Assembly (NCBI GenBank): GCA_030704615.1
Contig: JAKLZA010000011.1
Coordinates: 1-27,000 of the forward strand
DNA length: 27,000 bases
Direction of reading: 5' to 3'
DNA from: Takakia lepidozioides
Lineage: Eukaryota; Plantae; Bryophyta
Part shown: piece after piece, positions 10,130-20,500 of the stretch
Position numbering within the stretch: position 1 is the stretch's first letter
Layout of the letters: each line of letters begins with the position of its first letter
Notes under the pieces: model-generated
What the model was told of the DNA's origin: nothing
Databases searched by the model: none
The model's input: the letters and a program-made list of their open reading frames with translations, nothing else
Program-made: the position numbers and the translations under genes

Positions 10130-12170
10130 CGTAGAGGTAATTCGAAGCGCTGCACGATGGAATTCCGGCGCCGGATTTCCATCCTGCAGGTAATTCGGAG
10201 CGCAGCAGGATGGATATCCGGCGCCGAATTTCCATCCGCGGAGGAAGGCCGGCGCTGGAAATTTCCCTCACGCAGGTAATTCGGAAGCGCGCGGATGGAA
10301 ATCCGGCGCCGAATTTCCATCCGCGGAGTTAGGGCGGCTCCGGAAATTTCCCTCACGCAGGTAATTCGGAAGCGCGCGGATGGAAATCCGGCGCCGAATT
10401 TCCATCCGCGCAGGTAGGGCGTGCGCCAAATTTCCCTCAAGCAGGTAATTCGGAAGCGCGCGGATGGAAATCCAGCGCCGAATTTCCATCCGCGCAGGTA
10501 GGCGGTGCGCCAAATTTCCCTCAAGCAGGTAATTCGGAAGCGCGCGAGAAATCCGGCGCCGAATTTCCATCCGCGGAGTTAGGGCGGCTCCGGAAATTTC
10601 CCTCACGCAAGTAATTCGGAAGCGCGCGGATGGAAATCCGGCGCCGAATTTCCATCCGTGCAGGTAGGGCGGTGCGCCAAATTTCCCTCAAGCAGGTAAT
10701 TCGGAAGCGCGCGGATGGAAATCCGGCGCCGAATTTTCCATCCGCGGAGTTAGGGCGGCTCCGGAAATTTCCCTCAAGCAGGTAATTCGAAGCGCGCGGA
10801 TGGAAATCCGGCGCCGAATTTCCATCCGCGCAGGTAGGGCGGTGCGCCAAATTTCCCTCAAGCAGATAATTCGGCGCCGAATTTCCCTCCTGCAGGTAAT
10901 TCGAATCCCGGATGAATGTAAATTCGGTGCCGAATTTCCATCCTGCAGGTAATTCGAATACCGGATGAATGGAAATTCGGCGCCGAATTTCCGCAAGCAC
11001 GTCAGCCGAATCCCGCATAAATGAAATTCGGCGCCGAATTTCCATCCAGCAGGTAAGTGGGATCGGTGCGTATGGATATTCGGCGCCGAATTTCCATTCG
11101 CCATGTATTTCTGAGTGTGGAATTACCTTCGTGCAGGTAATTCACAGATGAGAATTACCTTCGTGCAGGTAATTCTGGACGCGGAATTCACATCGACTGG
11201 AATTACCTGCATCGAAGGTAATTCTCATCTGGGAATTACCTGCACGAAGGTAATTCCACACTCAAATACATGGCGAATGGAAATTCGGCGCCGAATATCC
11301 ATACGGCACCGATCCCACTTACCTGCTGGATGGAAATTCGGCGCCGAATTTCCATTTATCGGGATTCGGCTGACGTGCTTGCTGGAAATTCGGCGCCGAA
11401 TGTCCATCCATCCGAGATTCCACTTACCTGCTGGATGGAAATTCGGCGCCGAATCTCCATCCATCCGGGATTCCACTTACCTGCTGGATGGAAATTCGGC
11501 GCCGAATTTCCATCCGGGGGATGGTCTCTGTCGGAGAGGTGCCGCCTCTTTGCCGCTCTGTTGGATATTCGGTGCCGAATTTCCGTCCCGGGGTTTGAAA
11601 TATAACGGCCAGGTGCCGACCTCTCCCTTCTCCCCAACTGCATTGGAACGCCCCGAATTGAAATTCGGCGCCGTTTTCCCATCTGTGGAAGTTTTTTATG
11701 TCGGCCAGTTTTTCGGTCTGACCCCCCGACAAGACTTCCTTTGGGGGGGCCCGGATGGAAATTCGGCGCCGAATCTCCGTCCAGGGGATGTTCTCTGTCG
11801 CACACTCGCCGGCCTCTGCGCCCGAGGCGACTTCATCCGGGCGTCCCTGTTCGATATTCGGTGCCGAATTTCCGTCCGGGGGTTGAAATGTGACGGCCAA
11901 GTGCAGGCCACTCCCCCTCCCCGACTGCATCCGAACCGCCCCGGATGGAAATTCGGCGCCGTTTTTCCATCTGGGGATGTTTTTATGCCGTCCAGTTTTC
12001 GGCCTGACCCCCCGACACGACTCCCTTTGGGGGGCCCGGATGGAAATTCGGCGCCGAATCTCCATCCAGGGGATGTTCTCTGTCGCACACACTCCGGCCT
12101 CTGCGCCCGAGCGACTTCATCCGGGCTTCCTCTGTTGGCGTGCGGGTGCCGAATTTCCATTCGGGGGTAG
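10130..12170. repeat. Array B: intergenic repeat region built on the 22-bp palindrome GGAAATTCGGCGCCGAATTTCC
   Basis: ~85-bp units (gcaggtaattcgg at ~10186, 10272, 10357, 10441, 10526, 10607, 10692, 10778) in two mostly alternating variants, then a central inverted repeat, then ~280-bp duplications at ~11490-12170. More than 20 copies of the palindrome or near variants. Confidence 0.92.
10870..11510. repeat. Long internal inverted repeat (~310-bp arms, 24-nt spacer 11176-11199)
   Basis: Left arm ...ccatgtatttctgagtgtggaattaccttcgtgcaggtaattcacagatgagaattaccttcgtgcaggtaattc mirrors right arm gaattacctgcatcgaaggtaattctcatctgggaattacctgcacgaaggtaattccacactcaaatacatgg..., nearly perfect for ~215 bp and looser beyond. 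Confidence 0.9.
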
Positions 12171-12462
12171 TAATGTGGGCACGGTGCCGGCTTCTCCCCT
12201 TCAGCCGTCATCATCCGGACGGCCCCCCACTTTCTGACTGCATACCGTTGGCAGTTATTGCGCAAAGACCAGGGGCCGCAGTCCGGAGACAAGGTTCATT
12301 AACACTCTGACTGTGGATTTTTGAGATAGTTGGCTCCCTGGATTTGGATCAGTCTTCGTCGCTCGGACAAATCGGCATCGCATTCATTCCCATCGCTGCA
12401 CCCCCCTTCTACCAGGGAGCTTCCCCGCACGCCATCCTGGCAGTCTTGTGTGCACATCTCCC

Positions 12463-15400
12463 ATGGCGGAAAACCCGAGCGCTACAGTGTACTGCCCTCC
12501 TCACGAGCATAGAGCTTCATTTCCGTGCAGAGGGGACACCTGCCGGGTGATGGAGAAATATCTGTGCGTTCGATATCACCTGAAACCGGGGTCGGTTTTT
12601 TTGGAGGAGGAAAGGAAGGACTCAAACGGCCTTGTTGTCGAGAGTATGGTTGTGCTCCACGATGATTTCGGCGATGGCAGGGAATGGCGAGTTCCACCAT
12701 CGGACAGCGTCATATACAGGGCTGTTGGGGACTTCATTTGCCCGCCAAATGCACCGTCTATCCTGGCGCCTTCCACGAAACAATCCGCGAATCGGAGAGT
12801 GGGTACCTCAAAGAGAGAAGTCCGCAACGAAGTAAATCCAGAGCCGAACCCATCCATGAAGACGACCGAGAACCGGGTTGTTCACAACCTGTCCGACTCA
12901 GACGAGGTCATGGAAGTTCCGAGGTCGTCCTGGAGATCAGGCAAGTCCTCAATGGACGTTAGTGGAGGAGGGAGTCATATTCCCAGCACGAGCACCGCAG
13001 TTCGATCTATTCTAGAAATTCTGCGAGGGCTTCACCTGGAGGGACACCGGTCGGAGCTGGCCGGGCTGGACTACAGCAAGTTCGCAATTAAATCGGTTAC
13101 ATGCCTTCCCGCCGACGTCGACGGTAATATCTTCTTTGAGTTCCCTCCTCGGGCGGACTACTCGAGGGCGTCCGGAATGTTGACAGATATGGATAGAAAA
13201 CATGACGGTCATCCTTGGTGCGTTACCAAAACCACCAGCATGAAGATGCTTGATGGTGTGCGGGTGCGCTACGTTGTTTGTGCGGGCGCGTTGCGGTGTT
13301 TCTCCCCAACTTGCTTCCACTTTAAATCCAGAGGTCACAGGAACGAGACCGATTGGACAGGCACAGCTCATCAACCATTTCGAGCTCAGGAGAAGGTTCC
13401 GAACTCCACATTTAAGTGTGCGCATTGCAAAGAACCACCACACTGCATGTCTGTTTGTAATGCCAAGCAGTTCTATGTGTTGCACCGTTTCCCTGACCTC
13501 ACCCGAGCTTGCATACACGTTGGTTCCCATTGTCACAAATTGGCGAGGGGGAACTCGCGGGAGGCTGCCCACGAAGCAGAGCAGCTCGTTCAGGAGGAGG
13601 TTAAGTTGAGACCGGGTGCCAAACCCAAACAGATACAGCTCCAAGCCGCCCATAAGATGGCATTGGCCAGAATTATGTCGGAAGACGGCTCCGATAGAGT
13701 TCCTCTCGACGAGAAGGAAATGGAGGCATTGCTGGAGTCGGTGTCCCACGTATGTTCACCGAATGTCCGAAACCACATTGTCTCATGCAAACAGAAAATT
13801 GGGCGTGCCTCGGATATGCACTCCATTCTGGAGGTGAAGCGACGATGTGGATATGACTACATTCATGGAAGTAGGTTTCCAGGACAAGGGACTGAGGCAG
13901 ATCGTTGTTTCGTATTCAAAATGTCCACGTGTGGACCTGGCAGGGGCGTTGAACTGGTCGACAGGATGACGAGTGGGAACTTGTCAAACAGTTGGTCATG
14001 TTCGACCATATCAAGCGAATTACAAATCACCAGTGGGTGACAATGGGTGCACATGTCTACGACACCCACTGCAGGATGCTAATGACAATTGCTATTTGTG
14101 AGATGAAAGGAGAGGACACACAATCGGAGATGCTTCTTTGGCAGGGAATAAACGAACAGATGGCCAAGGCGGGATTGCCCCCTCCCAATTTCCGTGGTTT
14201 CATGGCGGACAACGCACAAGCAAATTGGGCTGCCATCCGAAGGGTGTACGGGCAAGACCCCAATGTTCCCATGGAAGGCAAGGAGAGATCTTGTGGGTTC
14301 CATTTTCTGCAGAGCCTTTCGCAGTACACAACCAGGCTCGTGGCGCCAGATTTCAGAGAGGAGCACCGTTCCATGTGCCTTGCGTGGAAGCGCGCTCCCA
14401 CCTTGGATGATGCAGAGACACAGTTTGCATGCATACGGGCTTGGTGGACATCGTCAGGTGCTGTAAGGAAATCAGACGAAGGAGCAATGGTCAGTTGGCT
14501 AGCATGGTGGCATTATCGTTTCCTCCAGTTCGGCGACTATATGCGGGAGGTGAGTTGCACAAATTCGCGTCCCGTTGGATATTATTCTTGGCCATATTTG
14601 TAACTTGCTTGTAACCTCAACATGTGCTTGTGCAGGAAATGTGTCTCGACTCCGACACCGACATGCCCACGACAAACATGGCCAAATCAGTGCACTCTTC
14701 CTGGCGTGCCTCCTCTGCGGCGCATCTGGTGGACATCCTCACTGCCACAACGGAGGACATTGTGAGGTCAATTATGCAGCAATGCAGGTACAACGAGTTC
14801 TTGAAAGGGAAACAGTGGGGCTTGGGGCCGGACAGGCAGGAAATGCTGATGCGGACTACCTCCAGATCGAAGAATCCTCGGAAGTGGGCGGCGGCCTTGC
14901 GAGAGGGCCTTCGGGACACGCCATTGCTGCGAAGAGGCCAACATTTGGAAGGAGATGTTCATACCCGTCCCGTGAGACGAAGACTTGACGAGGCACCTGA
15001 CGGAGAAGAGGATTCATGGCGAGCTGACAAGAATATTCGCACGCTCCCTCGTGGTCCGGTGATGTTGTCCGAGGAGGTCTCGTCGAGCACCGGAAGTCCT
15101 GCACGTTCAAGATCGCCATCTCCTTTGAGCACAGGGCGCGTGCCCCGGCAACATAACGAGCCATCTGTAGTAAAGCAATACAACATTCCCATTGTGGAGA
15201 CAAGAGTGTCGGAGTCACAGTGGAGAATTGCGAGGACATTGCCGGCATTTCGAGGGAAGTGTTGCGCCATCCGGGTGGATACGAGAGCACGCTGTGGTGA
15301 GATGATTCGGAGGAACCCACACGGTGCTGTACCTGCACCTTGTTTTAGCGGCAGATTTTTGACTCCCACATTTGCTCACGCCACAACGCAGACATTTTGG

Positions 15401-16054
15401 TTCTGTAGGCACGACATAATGACCTGTGTATTTGGCAAGCCCAAGTACGGGATTCAGGGAATGCCGGAGCCTCCGGGCGTCTGGCCTGTTGCACCGGGTT
15501 GCAGCCTCTCTCAGAATGAGGCGGATGCTCTATCTGCAGCAGGATTTCGAATGGTGCAACGCACAGACATCCCGGCCCACGCATTTCCGGTTCCTCAGAC
15601 CCAGCCATTGCAGACTGTTCGGTCCAGTAGAGACGGATTGGACAATTCTGCACATCCCACAATGCGATTCGGAAGAGTGAAGAGACGACACCCTCCCAAC
15701 AAGTTGAATGAGACTCGGATTGCCAATGCTCTTGGGATGGCTTGCACTATTCAGAGCTCCGTGGACGTACCCCCACCCGGCCTTGGGCGTGTGTATCGGA
15801 TGGCAACGGCCGGCTCGGCTGTACGCGACGATGTATACACAATTACGATTGGAGTGGAGCCGACTTGCAACTGTACGGACTTCTCGTTGATGGAAGCAAA
15901 GAAGGGTTCGAAGTATTATCCGTGCAAGCATCTATATTACATTTACCTGAAGAGGTTGAGGATGAACGTGACTATTGATGACTTTATTCATGCACCGGCG
16001 TTGAGCGTGAACGAGCTGCACAAACTCCTCCTTAGGGATTCCAGAAATCATTGA
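12463..16054 (+). pseudogene. MULE/MuDR-like DDE transposase with GCM/WRKY-like N-terminal zinc domain and C-terminal SWIM finger (exons 12463-14549, 14636-16054; frameshift ~13995; catalytic E read as K)
   Basis: HDGHPW...CAGALRC...C...CAHC...C...HVGSHCH (GCM-like). MULE core motifs (W)VMFDH, FMADNAQANWAAIRRV, CGFHFLQS, and TTNMAKSVH (cf. TxNxxESxH). SWIM CNCTDF...PCKHLYYI. The 86-bp GT-AG intron 14550-14635 joins the exons in frame. Confidence 0.88.
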
Positions 16055-16207
16055 TGGGGCAAACGGAATCCTCCATATGGATATTTTCAAATGCATTTTG
16101 CTGTATCAGACTTTTTTTTTGCAGTGTAATGAAATGCACCCCAAAACTCCTGGAATGAGGCAATATTCCATTCAAACTGAGATCCAACAGAAGCAGTTGT
16201 GGGGCCA

Positions 16208-16575
16208 TTTCTGGAAAAATGGCGCCGAATTTCTCTTTTTGGGGCCGAAAACTCGCTAAGTCCCAACATGCACTGGTACCTGTGTTTGGGAAAATGGCGC
16301 CGAATTTCTCTTTTTGGGGCCGAAAACTGGCTAAGTCCCAACATGCACTGGTACCGTGTCTGCAAAAATGGCGCCGAATTTCTCTTTTTTGGGCCGAAAA
16401 CTGGCTAAGTCCGAACATGCACTGGAAAAATGGCGCCGAATTACCTGTCATGAGGGGACCTATAGCCGCGGAATTCGGCACCATTTTTCGCCAGACAGAC
16501 CTATTGCCGCGAAATACGTCGCCGTTTTTTCAGGTTACGGACCCTATTACCGCGAAATTCGGCGCCATATTTGCA
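16208..16575. repeat. Array C: ~4 subterminal ~75-bp units plus inverted variants
   Basis: ggaaaaatGGCGCCGAATTTctctttttggggccgaaaactGGCTAAGTCCcaacatgcact repeated. Shares both motifs with array A. Confidence 0.85.
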
Positions 16576-16766
16576 CATGTCGCTGGGAATTGGCATGAGC
16601 GGAAGACGAAATTTCATGAGCACAACTGTCAAAAGTGCAATTTTCCCTTCAAGGGGCCGAATAATATATTTGTTTTTCCTGACACATTGCATTAAATTAT
16701 TGTTTTTTTATTGTTTTTTATTTTCGAAATTTGTACTTCTGCTCATGAAAACCGATTGTGTTACTA

Positions 16767-16815
16767 CTCTGCTCATGCCGCTCATGCCGCTCATGCTCAT
16801 GAAATAGCAAACCTC
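16767..16815 (-). repeat. Right TIR of element 1 (GCTCATG subrepeats)
   Basis: ctctgctcatgccgctcatgccgctcatgctcatgaaatagcaaacctc, followed by the TSD at 16816-16824. Confidence 0.85.
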
Positions 16816-17544
16816 CAACTCCGCTGCCACTATGCTAGTTGGTTGCACTACAGTAGGGGGGGGTGCTATTCTGTGAGCCCGGAGGCGTGAGCCTGTGAGC
16901 CCAGGAAACCGTGAGCCCAGCACAGGCTCACGCCACGTCAGCATACATACAGGGCCTATTTCCGCAGGTTGATCAGCCATTTCCCGGGAATGCAGAGTGG
17001 ATATGTTACATCCATTGTATCCATTGCATCCATGCAGACGTTATCAACATACCAAGCCCTCACAAGTTTATGTGGGTACGTCGTGAGGAGGTGCACACTG
17101 ACATGATCTAAAGCGGAACCCTGCGAAATCTTTTCTTACTCACCACCCTTGCGAACATGCCAGGTATGTGCGGGAGCATCATGGATGCTCATTAGATTTG
17201 AGAATGCCTCACAGCTCTTTGATGAGGTGGACTTCACCATGATGGATTCACCAACCATTCTTCTAGCAGGAATGGTTTGGAGACCAACGAGCAACTGATG
17301 CGAGAATGCTCTACACGAACCAAAGTCGTTTGTTTGTATTTGCAATGCACTCAAGTCTGTGAGGTCCAGAGAACACTAAATAGATTGAAGGAACAATCCG
17401 GGCAGTCCATGCAACCCCCATCTCCAACAATAGTTTGTTCCCATTAATGTGCATTCCACGCACACATTGCAAACAGGACAACAAGGACACACAACCATCC
17501 TATTTCAAATTTGGCCCCGAATAAAACGAAAAGAAAACTTCATA

Positions 17545-20500
17545 TCAAGTGTCACAGTCATCAGAATCAGTCTCGACCTCCTGTGCTATGTCATCCACAA
17601 AGATTCTGGCCCCAACACCACGTCTTCTACCACGGCCGTGGATGGGTGGACTCCGAGTGCCATGAATGGTCATGCTTGTTGCGAGTGCCTCCGCATAGAC
17701 AGGTAGCACGCAAGACCGAGGAGGACTGGAAAGAAGTCCAAACAGGTGTGATAGCCCTGGAGGGCAAGTGGAAGCACACGGACTCCTGCACATGTCGACA
17801 AAAATCCATTCAGAACACAATATGCAATACAGAAGTCCAACGAAGAGGATGTCTGCCATGTGAACTTTGCCTCAAGAAGAGTGATTCTCGATATTGAAAC
17901 AACAATGCAAGCATGCACAGGTTGAACTTACTCACAGGCAAAGTCGGAGTCCAGCTCCTTGTCGGAAGTCTCCTCTGTATCAATATCAGCGGGACGGGGC
18001 TTCGGAAGGACTTGAGAAGTGTGTCCACCCAAACCCATAGGAGGTTGTTGTAAATCTCAGCATCCCCTTCAATCCCAAAGAGATGTCGGGCACTGGCCTT
18101 GCAAGCGTGGTACGAAGCACCTGCAGTGGAATAGAATGAAGGAAGCAGACATTGAAGACACATATGGAACGGTGGGAAGTACTGAAAGTGCAAGCTCAAT
18201 CAAACCTCATGAAATCCGAATGTTGAAGAGACGAACCTGTGCCCATTGACAAATCCAGAACTCTGGCGTCTGTGTAGGTGCAGCACTCCACAATCGTTTG
18301 AATGAAAGCCGGGCTCCTCTCCCTCGCCCCTCTCCAAGGAACCCCATTCCCCCTTCGCAAGCAGACGTTGCTGTCGACGTAGTTGTGGTGCATGTCATCC
18401 GTTGGAGGATCTGTCCTGTCGTCTATGAACTTGCCCCCATGAGTGATGGCGAACTCCGAAATGCCGGCCGGAGTCGTTGGTGGATGCACTCGGACGAGAC
18501 AAACAGCTTCAAACAAATGAGTCTGCGAACAACACATTCAGAAGGAACTAAGAAGCTTAAAAAATCAGGCCCCTACATATGAGATCGAGCGACCTATACA
18601 ACTCCATCCGAGAACCACCAAGAAGAGGAAGAAGAAGGTAAATTTACCATCTCTCCCGGACGATCCCCCTTCGTAAGGTACATGCTGTTCACACAATTCC
18701 ATGTCTTCAGGACTCTCATGCCCGAGGCTTTCAAATAGCTGGCAAGTGCACGGCGACAGCGAACGTCGGCGGACTGTATGAGCACCAAAACACCTGCATC
18801 GGACAGGAAAAAATTGCAAAAGGAGAAAACCCACCGCCAGTAGCGCTCATCAAAAGCATTCCAACCCGGACAAGCACCCGATGGAGGGACATCCGGGACT
18901 GCCAACCCATCAGGGATGTCCAAGATTATGAGTTCGGCTGCATATTGCTTCTCCTTCCCGTTCACCCAGGATTTGGTCATTTTAGCCTGCAAACAAAATT
19001 ACAATGGAATACTCAAGAGGATTGAAACGATCCATGCCCACTGCAGAGAAGATGCAAAAGAGAACACGCACCGTGCCTAGGAACTGTACAATCCTCTCCC
19101 ACACTGGTGATGGCTCGCCCTTGTAATCAGATTTCTTCGACTCCATCATGGCAAGGAATCCGACGTTGGCCATCTCCAACCTAGTAGGGCGAATGACCCT
19201 CGTCGGATGTTCCACTGCATGGTACGGGTCCTTGGGATCAACCACCCCCTTGTTCTTTCTCACGGATCCCCTACCATGCGGTGGAGTCTGCTGGACATGC
19301 ACCACTGGGCCAATATCTGCAACACTTCCCTGCCCTTGTGCCACCTTCCCTCTACCCCTTCCTTTCCCCACAACACCAGCAACATCTTTCCCCTTTGCCT
19401 TTCTACCTCTACCCGGGGTATCCTGAGCGGGAGGCTCCTTCTCTGCAAGAGTCCTCAAATTTCGCTCATGAATGTCGAGGTCGGCTGCTGCGGCAGTGGC
19501 TACAATTCACTCATTCTCTCTCCTCAAAGACACCTCCGGAGCTGGGGTCTCAGAAGGAGGGCAATCCAAATACCAACCACAAGAAGATAGATGGTATGGG
19601 CCCCAGTCATGCAAGATCCCAGTAGTAAACATAGTCTGATTTCCAGCAGGGACAAGCCAGAGGTCCACGAAATCTGGATGTTTGTCCAAACAATTCTCTT
19701 CCATGAGAACAAACTTTATGTACCTGCAGGAACAAAGACAGCCTCATTATGCAATGCAATTATTGTCTCTCAGTTTTTCCATCACATTCCCCTTAAACTG
19801 TATGCGTCACAGTACATTGCAACCACAGGACACCAAGTAAACTGAACTGCCCAGGGAGTGCACCTGTAAAGGCATCGTTTCCAGGCTTCCTCTCCTTTTT
19901 CTTGCTGGTCAAGGTCATGTGTTCGACTGATGCCACCCTCCTTGCTGAACTCTCTAAAGAAACAAGAGTGCCACACTGTGGCTCTCCATTTCCTCATGTA
20001 TGCTTCGAAGGAGACCTTCGGTGCTGTCATAGTGATGCCATAGTCAGCCAGCTGAGTATGCAGAACCGACCGTGCCCTTTCTTCCAACTGCAAAACAATT
20101 CAAATGCAAGAATGAACCCAAAAAAAATCACTGCGAATGTGAGAGGCAATGGAAAGAGAAGGACAGGAAAAGAGAAAAGAAAGTGACACAGGAAAGGACA
20201 ACACACCTGGCTCCAGTAAGTGGCCTTGTGAAGCCATGTGTCCAGCACATTGTCACTGACTGGAATGACACGCTGGGTCTTCTTCTCTTTCTCCGGCCTG
20301 GGGAACATGTGTGTATCCCTAACTGTGGGATCGGAGTTCCATATCTGTAGCCACTTCACCTTCTGTTCTGAAGACACAACGGCGGTAGACAACCTGTGTA
20401 ACTTCTCCTGGGCCATCTCTGGCTTGCCTGGCTTGTTATAATGGTTTTTTATCTCCAAGAGAAACTGCGCTCCGAATGATGGGTCGGCAATTCTCAACTG

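Larger units (their letters stand above)
3110..16815 (+). mobile_element. Complete large Mutator-like (MULE) DNA transposon, element 1 (13,706 bp)
   Basis: Direct repeat CAACTCCGC at 3101-3109 and 16816-16824 (9-bp TSD, typical of MULEs). Left end GGGGGCTGCTATTTCATGAGC versus reverse complement of right end GAGGTTTGCTATTTCATGAGC. Internal MULE transposase. Confidence 0.9.

Noticed and set aside
11100-11280. Central inverted repeat as the junction of two separate transposon ends
   Set aside because: Its arms do not resemble the TIRs at 3110/16815, and the matching 9-bp TSD places both genes in one element.
9981-12292. Long ORFs with MEIRRRISI/GNSAPNF/WKFGAEF repeats
   Set aside because: Translations of the GC-rich palindrome that appear in several frames on both strands.
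13985-14005. Programmed ribosomal frameshift in the transposase
   Set aside because: No slippery heptamer. Loss of one G from TGG GTC explains it, and similar single-base losses are common in the window.
17136-17354. 72-aa minus ORF near the left end of element 2
   Set aside because: No motif and no counterpart seen in element 1; cannot be supported.
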